From Candidatus Pelagibacterales bacterium (lineage in GTDB: Bacteria > Pseudomonadota > Alphaproteobacteria > Pelagibacterales > Pelagibacteraceae), in NCBI GenBank assembly GCA_965236125.1, contig CBDEAP010000007.1:2685-66684 (forward strand): DNA of 64,000 nt, written 5' to 3'. Below the pieces are notes generated by a model, which did not search any database, had not been told where the DNA came from, and saw nothing but the letters and a program-made list of their open reading frames with translations. Shown here one piece after another: positions 52,040 to 63,010 of this stretch. Made by a program: the position numbers and the translations under genes. Every line of letters starts with the position of its first letter. Positions within the stretch are counted from its first letter, which is position 1.

Positions 52040-53080
52040 TTATCTTGCTGGTGGTGTATATAATAATCCACCTTGAGTCCAAATATTGTTTGGACCTCTG
52101 TCTGGTAAAATTCCAGTGTCAGCTATATTTCTCTTATAACTTTCACCATAGTTACCAACTTGCTTGATAATTCTTAAACTCCAGTCATTGTCTAGACCTA
52201 ATGCTGCACCTAATTCACCTTCTGATCCAACTAATCTTTTAATTTGTGGATTTTCTGAAGTTTTCATCATGTCAGCGTTAGCAGAATTAATACCATATTC
52301 TTCTGCTTCGATCATAGTGTTTAGAGACCATCTAACAATGTCTTCCCAAACAGCATCACCTTGTCTTACAACTGGACCTAGTGGCTCTTTAGAAATTGTT
52401 TCAGGTAACACAATGTGTTCATCTGGATTGCTCATTTTTGTTCGCTGAGCTGCTAAACCTGATTTATCAGTTGTGTAAGTATCACATCTTCCAGAGTCAT
52501 AAGCTGCAACGACTTCATCAGCTTTTTCAAAAGCAACTGGCTCATAAGAAATTCCTTTTGAATTAAAGAAGTCTCTCATGTTTAACTCAGTTGTTGTACC
52601 AATGTTTGTACAAGCTGAAATACCATTTTTGAATTGGCTTGTTGAAGTTATCCCTGAGCTTTTTCTGACCATGAAACCTTGACCATCGTAGAAGTTAACT
52701 CCTACAAATGTAAGTCCAATGTCAGCATCTCTAGATAAAGTCCAAGTTGTGTTTCTTGACAAGATATCAATCTCACCAGAAGTAAGAGCTGTAAATCTTT
52801 CTTTAGCACTTAATGGTGTAAACTTAACTTTGTTTGCATCACCTAGTACTGCAGCAGCAACTGCTCTACATACATCAACGTCAACACCAGTCCAATTTCC
52901 AGCTGCGTCCGCATTTGAAAATCCTGGAAGACCCTGAGATACTCCACATCTTACAAAACCCGTCTTTTGAGTATTTTTAAGTGTTTTTGATTTCTTAGCT
53001 GCCATAGCTTCTGTTGAAAAAGTAAACAACACAGCCACCATAGCTACTAAAGAAGTCAATTGTTTTACGTATTTAAACAT
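52040..53080 (-). CDS. aapJ: General L-amino acid ABC transporter substrate-binding protein (AapJ/YhdW/BztA)
   Basis: CGVSQGLPGFS, SRNTTWT, YDGQGFMV, ISKEPLGP, VGNYGE. Confidence 0.93.
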   Translation of the reverse strand: MFKYVKQLTSLVAMVAVLFTFSTEAMAAKKSKTLKNTQKTGFVRCGVSQGLPGFSNADAAGNWTGVDVDVCRAVAAAVLGDANKVKFTPLSAKERFTALTSGEIDILSRNTTWTLSRDADIGLTFVGVNFYDGQGFMVRKSSGITSTSQFKNGISACTNIGTTTELNMRDFFNSKGISYEPVAFEKADEVVAAYDSGRCDTYTTDKSGLAAQRTKMSNPDEHIVLPETISKEPLGPVVRQGDAVWEDIVRWSLNTMIEAEEYGINSANADMMKTSENPQIKRLVGSEGELGAALGLDNDWSLRIIKQVGNYGESYKRNIADTGILPDRGPNNIWTQGGLLYTPPAR

Positions 53081-53194
53081 TATTCTTCCTCTTAGTTATA
53101 TTTATTTGTTAACAAATAATTCAAAAAATTACTTTTGAATAAGTTTTATTAAAACATTTTAAAAAAAACTGTTCAAGGAAAAAAAAGTCAAATG

Positions 53195-53271
53195 TGGCGC
53201 GCCCTGGAGGATTCGAACCTCCGACCCTCGGTTTAGAAAACCGATGCTCTATCCAGCTGAGCTAAGGGCGC
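53195..53271 (-). tRNA. tRNA-Arg(TCT)
   Basis: GCGCCCTTAGCTCAG...TCGGT-TTTCTAA-ACCGA...GGTTCGAATCC...GCCA. Confidence 0.97.
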
Positions 53272-53305
53272 AATATTTGAATAATGATAGATATACATCA
53301 ATAAA

Positions 53306-54720
53306 TTAATTTTTAAAAAGAAATTTTTTAAATATTAACAATATTGTTATTAATTCAATTCTGCCAATTATCATAAAAAAAATAAGAAAAATTTTTGTTA
53401 AAAAATGAAAATTACTAAAATCAAGGTCAGATAATCCATATGCAGATGAATTAACAGTATTCATTAATGTTAAAATTGAAAGTTTAAATGAATTTTCAAA
53501 ATTGATACCTGTAATACTTAAAAAAGTAGTTAATAATAATAAAGAAATAATAAAAACTAATACGGCTAAAAAATATTTATTAATCTCTTCAAAGTCAAAA
53601 TTAATTTTTGAAAAAATTAGTTTATTCATAAAAATATTTTTAGGTCGACTAAATGAAAGAATTTGATTTAAAGAATATTTAAATAAAGAATAAACTTTAA
53701 TAAATCTTAAACCTGAGCTTGTAGAAAAAAAAGAACCTCCAATTATTACTAAAATTAAATAGATAAAATTTAAATTTGATTGATCAAAATTTAAAGATAA
53801 TCCAATATTTGAAACACTACTTGTTAAGGACAACAAATTGTATGTAAAATTATTGTTAAAGCTAAAAAATAAAAAAAATATTATTAGAATAGAAAAAAAA
53901 TAAAATAATAAATGCAAGTCCTCATAAAAAAAGTTTAAGTTTTTTTTTCTTATAGAAAAAATATTATAAATAAAAAAAATACTAAAAAAAGATACCAAAA
54001 TTAAAATTGAAAATATAATAATTTGCTTATTATTAATCAAAATTGAATCTAATTCATTTACTGGCAAGAAACCTCCTGAAGATATTATGGACATAGAAAG
54101 ATTCAAGTGAATTAAAAGATCTTATTCCTATAAAATTAAGAATTATAAAGATTATAAAATGTTAGTACAGAATAAATTAAAAAAACCTTGATAGCTTGTT
54201 TCAAAACCTCAGAACTATTAAATGATAAAAAATTTGTTAAAGATTTTTTAAAACTTTCATCATAAATATCTATCAAGTAAACAATCGAAAATAGAAAATA
54301 TAAACCACCTATCCATTGAGTAGAAGATCTCCAAATAATTAAGCTTTGATCTATATGTTTAATATTTTCAAAAATTGTAAAACCAGTTGATGTAAATCCA
54401 GAAATTGATTCAAATAACGCATTAAGAAAAGTTAAATTATAAATGCTTAAATATAAAGGTAATGATAGAACAACTGGTATCAATATGTAGCCAAGAAAAA
54501 CTGTTAAAATTTTATCAAAAATAGTTATTCTTTTGTTATTTTCTTTAAAATTAATTTTGTAAAAAAAAACTGCTAAAATAAATGATGTAATAAAGCTAAT
54601 GTAATAATTATTTAAGCTTAGATAAAGATTTTGATAATAGGAATAAAGAATATTAAAAATTGATAAAATTGAAATAAGAAGAAAAAAAAAACTTAAATAT
54701 TTAACTCTAAGATTAAACAT
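53306..54720 (-). CDS. trkH: Trk potassium uptake membrane protein (divergent), split by two extra bases (54156-54159 and about 54107)
   Basis: FESISGFTSTG, WRSSTQWIGG, MIIGRIE; directly after trkA. Confidence 0.85.
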
Positions 54721-54723
54721 TAT

Positions 54724-56115
54724 TTAAATTGAACTTATTCTAAATAAATTTTCGACTACACTAATTGAATCCTTTTTAGCTAAGAACACGACCCTATCAT
54801 CTTTTTGAAAAACAAAATTAGATCTAGGGATAACTACTTTGTCACCTCTTAAAACAGCACCTATTCTTATCTCTTCAGGTAAATTGGTATTTTTTAGTTC
54901 TTTATTAATTAATTCAGATGTTTCAATAATCTCAGCTTCTATAACTTCATACTCTCCATTTAATATTGTGTAAGCAGTTTCAATAGTTCCCTTGTGAATA
55001 TGTTTTAAGATACTTGATACCGTGTTCATTCTTGGATCAATTAAATCATCAATTTTTAATGAAGCTTGTAATAATGAATAGTTAGGTTTGTTTATTAATG
55101 CCATTGTTCTTTTATCATCTAAATTCTTTTCATCTTTAGCAAATTTTTCAACCAATACACTTACCATTAAATTATCTTCATCATCATTAGTTAAAGCTAG
55201 TACAGTTTCGGCTTCTTCTAAATTTGCTTCAGTTAAAATTTCTTCATCTAGACCATCACCGTTAATAATAATTGTGTTATTTAATTCACTTGCTAAATAT
55301 TCAGCTCTCTCTTTATTTTTTTCAACTATCTTGACTCTTGCTGAGTCTAATGTTTCTTCAAGATTTTTTGCTAGATTATAACCAATATTTCCTCCACCTA
55401 TAATCAAAATCTTTTTAGAAATTTTTTCTTTATGACCAAAAGCTTCTAATGTTTCTGCCATTTGAGATGAATTAATAATGACATAGATTTTATCATTATA
55501 TTTAACTTCATCATTTTTTTTAGGAATAATAAATTTTTCATCTCTTATTATTCCAATAATATTTGCATCCAAATTTGGGAATTTTTTTGTAAGTTCATTG
55601 AGTTTAATATCAATTAATTTACAATTTTTATTAATAAGAATTTCTAAAAGTCTAATTTTATTATTAGCAAATGGAACGCTATCAAGAGCTCCTGGTGCTT
55701 CTAATTTTCTTTGAATTGATTTAGCAATTTCAATTTCAGGTGAAATTATAACATCAATAGGTAAATTTTCTTTGTTATACACTCTTGTAAATTTTGGATT
55801 TAAATAATCTTGCGATCTAATTCTTGCAATTTTTTTTGGAATTTTAAATATTGAAAAAGCAATTTGACAAATCAACATATTGATTTCATCATTTCTAGTT
55901 ACAGCAATAATCATATCTGTTTCAGCAGCGTTAGCTTTTTCTAATATCGTTGGGTAAGTTGCCTTACCAACAATAGCTTTTACATCTAATGTGTCGTTAA
56001 TTTTTTGAATATCTTCACTTGATTGATCAATTACAGTTATTGAATGACCCTGTTCACTTAATAATTTTGCAATAGTAAAACCTACTCTACCTGCACCACA
56101 AATAATTATATTCAT
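54724..56115 (-). CDS. trkA: Trk potassium transporter NAD-binding subunit
   Basis: Two RCK-N domains (GAGRVG, GGGNIG). Confidence 0.95.
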   Translation of the reverse strand: MNIIICGAGRVGFTIAKLLSEQGHSITVIDQSSEDIQKINDTLDVKAIVGKATYPTILEKANAAETDMIIAVTRNDEINMLICQIAFSIFKIPKKIARIRSQDYLNPKFTRVYNKENLPIDVIISPEIEIAKSIQRKLEAPGALDSVPFANNKIRLLEILINKNCKLIDIKLNELTKKFPNLDANIIGIIRDEKFIIPKKNDEVKYNDKIYVIINSSQMAETLEAFGHKEKISKKILIIGGGNIGYNLAKNLEETLDSARVKIVEKNKERAEYLASELNNTIIINGDGLDEEILTEANLEEAETVLALTNDDEDNLMVSVLVEKFAKDEKNLDDKRTMALINKPNYSLLQASLKIDDLIDPRMNTVSSILKHIHKGTIETAYTILNGEYEVIEAEIIETSELINKELKNTNLPEEIRIGAVLRGDKVVIPRSNFVFQKDDRVVFLAKKDSISVVENLFRISSI

Positions 56116-56117
56116 TG

Positions 56118-57473
56118 TTAATTAAATTCTTTTATGCCTAGACCTTTTAATTTTCTGTGCAAAGCACTTCTCTCCATCCCTACAAAATTTGCTGTTTTAG
56201 AGATATTTCCATTAAATTTTTTTAATTGCATAGTTAAATACTCTTTTTCAAATTTTTCTCTAGCCTCTTTTAATGGCACAGATAAAGTGTTTTCTGCAAT
56301 TTTATCATTAAAATTTTCATTTTTGAGAGATTCTTTGATTATATTAGAAATTTTTTCTTTATTGTCTGGTTGAAGAATAGCAATTCTTTCGATTAAATTT
56401 CTTAATTCTCTGACATTTCCATGCCAATGATGATTTAAAATATATGTATCATTCTCATCAATATCAAAATCTTTAATATTGTAATTTTGAGATATTTTTT
56501 TTGAAAAATACTTTATTAACAATGGAATATCGGAAATCCTTTTATTTAAGGGCTCAATATTTATTTCGAAAACATTTAATCTGTGAAATAAATCTTCTCG
56601 AAAATTGCCAATCTCAATTTCTTTTTTAAGATCTTTACTAGATGAACAGATAATTCTTACATCAACATTTATATCCGTATTTCCATTAAGTCTTTTAAAT
56701 TTTTGATCAATTAACACTCTAAGTATTTTAGATTGAATATTTAAAGGTATTTCAGATAATTGATCAATTAAAAGTGTTCCTTTATTTGCTTTTTCTAATG
56801 CTCCGAATGAAATTGATCCATTAGATTTTTCTTCACCAAATAATTCTAATTCATATTTTTCAGAATCTAATAAAGCTCCATTGATCACTACAAAAGGTTT
56901 ATTATTTCTTTTTGACTTTTTATGAATTTTTCTTGCAATTAATTCTTTTCCAGAACCCGATGGTCCATTAATAATAACTCTACTTTCTGTAAGAGAAATT
57001 TTTTCGATTTGATCCCTAATATTATTAATATTTTTACTCTCTCCAATCAAATCATAAGATAGGAATAATTTATTTTCATATTCTTTATTTTCAATTTTTA
57101 GATTATAATTTTCTACCGCTCTTCTTACAAAGTTTAATAATCTTTCTTGATCAAATGGCTTTTCAATAAATTCAAATGCACCATGTTTTAATGATTTAAC
57201 GGCCATCTCAATATTTGCATGACCAGAAATTATTATTACTGGAATATCTGTATTTTTAGTTTTGAGATAAGTTAATAATTCAATACCATCATTATCTCCT
57301 TTGTCTAATTTAACATCAAAAATTGCTACATCTGGTAACTTTTTATCAATTTCATATATGGCTTGATTATAGTTCGCTGCTACTCTGGTTTTATATCCTG
57401 CATCAAGAATTAAATCATTAATTATGTTTCTAATATCTGAATTATCGTCAACAATTAATATTTCACTGATCAT
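56118..57473 (-). CDS. ntrX: Response regulator NtrX (REC-AAA+-HTH)
   Basis: ISGH, GPSGSGKE, FREDLFHRLNV, GMERSALHRKLK; no GAFTGA. Confidence 0.92.
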   Translation of the reverse strand: MISEILIVDDNSDIRNIINDLILDAGYKTRVAANYNQAIYEIDKKLPDVAIFDVKLDKGDNDGIELLTYLKTKNTDIPVIIISGHANIEMAVKSLKHGAFEFIEKPFDQERLLNFVRRAVENYNLKIENKEYENKLFLSYDLIGESKNINNIRDQIEKISLTESRVIINGPSGSGKELIARKIHKKSKRNNKPFVVINGALLDSEKYELELFGEEKSNGSISFGALEKANKGTLLIDQLSEIPLNIQSKILRVLIDQKFKRLNGNTDINVDVRIICSSSKDLKKEIEIGNFREDLFHRLNVFEINIEPLNKRISDIPLLIKYFSKKISQNYNIKDFDIDENDTYILNHHWHGNVRELRNLIERIAILQPDNKEKISNIIKESLKNENFNDKIAENTLSVPLKEAREKFEKEYLTMQLKKFNGNISKTANFVGMERSALHRKLKGLGIKEFN

Positions 57474-59250
57474 TTTTAAATATTATTTCAACTAAAGCGC
57501 CATCATCATGAGATTTAAAATTAATTGTACCATGATGATCATTAATTATTTTACTTACTATAGATAATCCTAATCCTGTACCGTTTTTTTTTGTAGTGAA
57601 ATAAGGATTAATAATATCTTTTATGTTATTTTTAATATTACTAAAACCAACTCCATTATCTCTGACACTTACAAATATTTGGTTATTATTTTTGATTAAT
57701 TCAATAGCAATATTTTTGTTTAAATTAGCTATTTTTTCGGCTTTGTCCTTAATACTTTCAATTGAATTTTTAATAAGGTTTAAAAAAACCCTGCTTATCT
57801 GTTCTTTATCACAATTTAAAAAAATTTTAGGATTGTTATATTTGAAATCAATTTTAATTGATAAATCAATTTCATTCATCAATTTAATATTAGCTTGAAT
57901 AATATCAATAATGTTATGTTTTTTAAAAACTGGCTTTGGCATTCTTGCAAAATCTGAAAATTCATTCACTAATTTTTCAATTTGCTTAATTTGATTATTT
58001 ATTATTTTTAAATTATCACTAAAATTATTTTGATCATCTTTTGAAATTTGATCAGAATATTTATTTTTAATTCTATCAATTGTTAACTGAATAGGTGTAA
58101 GTGGATTTTTAATTTCATGAGCTAATTTTCTGGCAAGACTTCCCCAAGCTTCATATCTTTCATTAATAATTAATTTTTCTTGTTGAAGTTTAAGTCTATC
58201 TGTCATTAAATTAAAATTCTTATTTAGTAGTTCTAAATCTTTATCAGTTTTAATTTCGGGCACTTTTGAGTCAAAGTTTCCCTCTCCAATTGATATAGAA
58301 GCAAAAATTAAATTATTAATTGAGCGAAAAAATCTTGAAGAGAATCTGATGGCTATTGAAATAGAAATGAATAACAATAATGCAACAACAATAATATAAA
58401 TAATTGCAAAAGAAATTTTTATACCAGTGCTTTTTTCTTCCACTGTATAGTAAAAATTTATTGCCTCTTGTGACTCTGTTAAATATCTAGAAATATTTTC
58501 ATCTAAATACTTTACAACATACAAGAAACGGTTATCAAAATTTTGCAACCTCATAATTGCACCTGATTTGTTTTCAAAAGCATTTATAATTTTAAGTGGA
58601 CGATCATCATCCAAGACTAGATTTAAAGCTTTATCTACAGGCGGTATATAAATCTGATCATTATTTAAAGTTGAAAATAATAATTCTTTCTTTTCATTTA
58701 TAATATGAATTTCATCTAAATTTCGAATTAATTTTTGAGTATCTAAAAATCTTTTATACTCATTAGGATTATCATTTAAAAATTTTTTACTTTTATTGGT
58801 ATCAAATGCTACAAGGACTATTTCTGATTGAATTTTATTTCTTACCTCATCAACATAGTTTCTTGCTAGTTCATAAGAATTATTAACAACTGTTGTAACT
58901 TTTTTGTCAAAATATTTTTCTAAAGCAAAATAAAATAAAAATAATGAAAAAATTGAAATAAGGATTGAGGGTATTAATGTAAATAAAGAAAAATAAGTTA
59001 TATATTTTTTATTAGATTTTAAACCATCGTTATCAATATCTGATTTAATTGCACTTTTGATTTCAAAAAAAATAAATAAAAATAGTAAGATTAGTAAAAA
59101 TATATTAAAAACTAATAAGTATTGAAGATTATCAGACGTTAACTTTATGAAACTTTTATCTATAAAAGTTAAAAAGGTTAAAAAACCAATTGATAAACTG
59201 ATAATAAATAGAAATATTAAATAAATGTTTTTTTTTATAAATTCTGTCAT
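57463..59250 (-). CDS. ntrY: Sensor histidine kinase NtrY
   Basis: TM-HAMP-kinase layout; AWGSLARKLAHEIKNPLTPIQL; upstream of ntrX. Confidence 0.9.
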   Translation of the reverse strand: MTEFIKKNIYLIFLFIISLSIGFLTFLTFIDKSFIKLTSDNLQYLLVFNIFLLILLFLFIFFEIKSAIKSDIDNDGLKSNKKYITYFSLFTLIPSILISIFSLFLFYFALEKYFDKKVTTVVNNSYELARNYVDEVRNKIQSEIVLVAFDTNKSKKFLNDNPNEYKRFLDTQKLIRNLDEIHIINEKKELLFSTLNNDQIYIPPVDKALNLVLDDDRPLKIINAFENKSGAIMRLQNFDNRFLYVVKYLDENISRYLTESQEAINFYYTVEEKSTGIKISFAIIYIIVVALLLFISISIAIRFSSRFFRSINNLIFASISIGEGNFDSKVPEIKTDKDLELLNKNFNLMTDRLKLQQEKLIINERYEAWGSLARKLAHEIKNPLTPIQLTIDRIKNKYSDQISKDDQNNFSDNLKIINNQIKQIEKLVNEFSDFARMPKPVFKKHNIIDIIQANIKLMNEIDLSIKIDFKYNNPKIFLNCDKEQISRVFLNLIKNSIESIKDKAEKIANLNKNIAIELIKNNNQIFVSVRDNGVGFSNIKNNIKDIINPYFTTKKNGTGLGLSIVSKIINDHHGTINFKSHDDGALVEIIFKNDQ

Positions 59251-59273
59251 CTAAATCTTAAATATTCAAAACA

Positions 59274-60378
59274 ATGAATAACTATTTTATAATACTAGCA
59301 TCTGGATTAAGCAAAAGATTTAAATCTAACAAGCTAAAACAATTTAGTATTTATAAAAATAAGCAGTTATTTGAACATTCTTTAGATAAAGCAATTAATT
59401 CAAAACTTTTTAAAAAGATAATTCTTGTTGTAAAAAATAAAAAAGAATTAAAAAAAAAATATCCAAATAATGTTCATATTATAAATGGTGGTAAAGAAAG
59501 ATCAGATTCTTCATTGATAGCTTTAAACTATATAAAAAAATTTAATCCTAAAAATGTATTAATTCATGATGCAGCTAGACCTAATTTTTCAAATAAATTG
59601 TTAATAACATTAGTTAACAATCTAAAAAAAAATATAGCAGTAATTCCTACTATAAAACCTGTTGATTCAATAAAATACAAAATTAATAATCAAAATTATA
59701 ATTTAGATAGAGATAAATGCTATTTATCACAAACACCACAAGCTTTTAATTTCCAAAAATTATATTCTTTAGCAAAAAATGAAAATAATACTATTAAAGA
59801 TGAAGCAACTTTATTTATTAATAAAGATTTGCCTATTAAATTTATTACTGGTGAAATTGATAACAAAAAAATTACATTTAATGAAGAAATTAAAACAGAT
59901 AAAACTTACTACGGTTTAGGATTTGATATTCATAAATTAATTAAGAATAAAAAGCTTTATCTTGGTGGTATCAATATCCCTTTTCATTCAGGCTTAAAAG
60001 GTCATTCAGATGGAGATGTTATCTTACATGCTGTTATAGATGCAATTTTAGGTGCTATGAGAAAAAAAGATATAGGTTACTATTATTCTAATGATAAAAA
60101 GTTTAAAAATATTCGTTCACCAAAAATGTTAAAACCAATAATTAAAATTTTAAATAAAAAAAACTATTACATAAATAATTTAGATATAAATTTGATTTGT
60201 GAAAAACCAAAAGTTTCTATTGCATAGAAACAAAATAATCAAATCACTCTCTAATTTACTAGCTATTGACAGAAATTTGATAAACTTAAAGGGTAAAACT
60301 GTTGAAAAATTAGGATTAATAGGTAAAGAAGAAGCAATTGCTTGTGAAGCTATAATCTCTCTTAACCAATATGATTAA
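59274..60378 (+). CDS. ispDF: Bifunctional IspD/IspF, one extra base at about 60219-60221
   Basis: IHDAARP, QTPQAF, GFDIH, HSDGDV; +1 frame continues ...KGKTVEKLG...AIACEA to stop 60378. Confidence 0.9.
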
Positions 60379-60874
60379 TCAATTTAACACATTACTAGTG
60401 ACAATGTTTGGACTTGGGAAAATTAAAAAAATTCCAGGAACATTTGGATCTTTAGCTACAATATTAATCCTATATATTTTTTTTCATATTCTTAGGATTC
60501 CATCAAATATAATAATACTTTTTTTACTAATTATTTTTTTTTATTCTTTTTATGCAGTTTCAACTCACATAAAAAATTCCTCAAATAAAGATCCTGGTGA
60601 AATTATTATCGATGAGTTTATTGGGCAATCTATACCAATTTACTTATATGAAATATCTCATGGTACAAACAAAGACTCTACAGATGCAATAGTTTTTTAT
60701 ACTATTTGTTTTATTTTATTTAGATACTTTGACATCATGAAACCTTTTCCAGTAAGTTTTTTTGATAAAAATTTTAAAAATAGTTTTGGTGTTATTATGG
60801 ATGATGTAATGGCAGGAATTTATGTTGTTTTAACTTTAGTATGTTTTGTAATCATAAAAAGTAATTTTATATGA
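60371..60874 (+). CDS. pgpA: Phosphatidylglycerophosphatase A
   Basis: PGTFGS, DPGEIIIDEFIG, FRYFDIMKP, GVIMDD. Confidence 0.93.
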   Translation: MINQFNTLLVTMFGLGKIKKIPGTFGSLATILILYIFFHILRIPSNIIILFLLIIFFYSFYAVSTHIKNSSNKDPGEIIIDEFIGQSIPIYLYEISHGTNKDSTDAIVFYTICFILFRYFDIMKPFPVSFFDKNFKNSFGVIMDDVMAGIYVVLTLVCFVIIKSNFI

Positions 60875-61339
60875 AATCTCTATTAAAAAAATTAATTGAA
60901 AAAAAAATAAGTATCTCTGTTGCAGAGTCTTGTACCGGAGGATTATTGTCATCAAAAATAACATCAATTAGTGGTGCTTCTGCTATTTTTAATATGGGTT
61001 TGATAACTTATTCTAACATTGCAAAAATTAGAATTTTGAAAGTAAATAAAAATATTATCAAAAAATTTGGTGCTGTAAGCTCTCAATGTTGTGAGGAAAT
61101 GGTTAAAAATTTATCCAATATTTCAAATAGCAAAATCAATGTATCTATTACTGGTATAGCTGGTCCAAAAGGTGGCACTAAGAAAAAACCTGTCGGCTTA
61201 GTTTATATTGGATTAAAATTTGGTAATAAACTTATTGATTAAAGAAAAAAAATTTAAATCAAAAAATAGGAAAGAAATTCAAAAATTAACAGTTAATGAA
61301 GTTTTTAAAATGATTACAAAAATTATTAAGTTAATATAA
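60871..61339 (+). CDS. cinA: CinA C-terminal / NMN deamidase (PncC-like), one extra base at about 61231
   Basis: AESCTGG, GAVS, ITGIAGP.GG, KPVGLV; shifted frame ends at TAA 61339. Confidence 0.88.
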
Positions 61340-61341
61340 TA

Positions 61342-61798
61342 TTATAAATTTACATTTCCATATAAAGTTTCAGCTCTTTTTTGAAAAGCATCTGCAATTT
61401 TATTTAATCCAAATTCAAAAGATTTACTCATTAAAATATCTAAAAATTTATTTTCAATTTCAAAATCAATATCGAAAATAACTTCAGTATTTTTTAAATT
61501 TTCTTTAAACTGCCAGTTATTTTGAAGATGCTTTAGTGGTCCGCCAATATTAGTCACAATAATACTGTTTTTTTTTTTATCAAACCTAACATCACTTTTA
61601 TAGGTATCTTTAAAAGGACCTTTTCCTATAGTTAGATCTGCTATTATAAATCTTAAATTCCCTTTTTGATTATTTTCATAAACATGAGCATCTAGACAAA
61701 AAGGTACAAATTCAGGATATTTTTCTATATCCAAAACTAGATCAATTAATTGCTTTTTTCTTGCAATTAATTTGTCGTGTAACAGATGCCCTTGGCAT
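61342..61798 (-). CDS. ratA: Coq10/RatA START-domain protein, one extra base in the run at 61754-61759
   Basis: LVLDIEKYPEFVPFC, GPLKHLQNNWQF, AFQKRA; true start ATG 61798 overlaps the lipA stop. Confidence 0.85.
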
Positions 61799-62718
61799 TA
61801 ATTGTTTTTTATTCTATTCTGTTTTAACTGGGCAAAATCATCATCTGCATGATAGGATGATCTTGTTAAAGGTGATGAAGAAACTAACAAAAAACCTTTT
61901 GCTTTTGCTATAATTCCTAAATCTTCAAATTCCTTTGGGGTGTAATATCTGTCTAGAGGAAAATGCTTAACTGAAGGTTGTAAATATTGGCCAATAGTTA
62001 AAAAATCTACATCAGCTGCTTTTAAATCATCCATCACTTGTAGAATTTCATCTCTTGTCTCACCTAATCCAACCATAATGCCGGACTTGGTAAATATATC
62101 TTTATCTATTTTTTTTACATTTTTTAAAAGTTCTAGTGAAGAAAAATATCTAGATCCTGGTCGTACCTTAAGATACAAACTTGGTACAGTTTCAATATTG
62201 TGATTAAAAACATCTGGTTTAGCTTTAACAACAATTTTATATGCTTCACCCTTTCTTAAAAAATCTGGTGTTAAAACCTCTATTGTAGTATTTGGATTAA
62301 TTTTTCTTGTTTGTTTAATCACATCACTAAAATGATTTGAACCACCATCTTCCAGATCATCTCTATCTACGGAAGTAATAACAACATGTCTTAATTCTAA
62401 TTTTTTTACAGCATTAGCAATTCTAATTGGCTCGAACTCATCTAAAGATTTAGGAATACCAGTTTTAACATCACAAAAAGCACAAGCTCTAGTACAAGTA
62501 TCTCCCATAATCATGAATGTTGCATGCCTTTTGCTCCAACATTCAGTAATATTTGGACAGTTTGCCTCCTGGCATACAGTAGTCAAATTATTATTGTTTA
62601 CTATGGTTTTTGTTAAAAAAAATTCTTTACTGTTAACTAGTTTAGATCTTATCCAATTTGGTTTTTTTTTAATTGGATTAATTGGCTTGTTTTGTTTTTC
62701 GGGATGTCTAGTTGTCAT
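61798..62718 (-). CDS. lipA: Lipoyl synthase
   Basis: [26 protein letters not shown]. Confidence 0.97.
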   Translation of the reverse strand: MTTRHPEKQNKPINPIKKKPNWIRSKLVNSKEFFLTKTIVNNNNLTTVCQEANCPNITECWSKRHATFMIMGDTCTRACAFCDVKTGIPKSLDEFEPIRIANAVKKLELRHVVITSVDRDDLEDGGSNHFSDVIKQTRKINPNTTIEVLTPDFLRKGEAYKIVVKAKPDVFNHNIETVPSLYLKVRPGSRYFSSLELLKNVKKIDKDIFTKSGIMVGLGETRDEILQVMDDLKAADVDFLTIGQYLQPSVKHFPLDRYYTPKEFEDLGIIAKAKGFLLVSSSPLTRSSYHADDDFAQLKQNRIKNN

Positions 62719-63010
62719 TTGATTTAATTATATAAATTGTCTCTCCCTTTTTTCCAAATAAAAATTTTTCACGAATTAATATTTCAATATAATCTAGATC
62801 AAGATTGTCACTTAACAAAGAGTTTTTAAAATCTAAATCATTTATTTTATTAATTAAATTAGCTTCTTCTAATTTCAAGCCTTCTAAAATCTCTTTTTTT
62901 TCATAGTATGAAAATAATCCTCTTTCACCAGATAATAAATTAACTATAAAATATAAAATCAAAAAAATTGAAACTAAAATAAAATAATTATTTTTTATTT
63001 TTTTAAGCAT
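62708..63010 (-). CDS. ftsB: Septum formation initiator (FtsB/DivIC)
   Basis: TM + GERG + coiled coil + LDLDYIE..RE; follows eno. Confidence 0.85.
   Translation of the reverse strand: MLKKIKNNYFILVSIFLILYFIVNLLSGERGLFSYYEKKEILEGLKLEEANLINKINDLDFKNSLLSDNLDLDYIEILIREKFLFGKKGETIYIIKSNDN

Noticed and set aside
47889-53271. Prophage or island between tRNA-Cys/Asn and tRNA-Arg (tRNAs are known pelagiphage integration targets)
   Set aside because: No integrase and no duplicated tRNA 3' end seen; the contents are a core ABC transporter, so any att sites are empty.
61342-61798. RatA as a type II toxin-antitoxin toxin
   Set aside because: No antitoxin partner; the lipA-adjacent Coq10/START protein is a conserved quinone-binding housekeeping gene.
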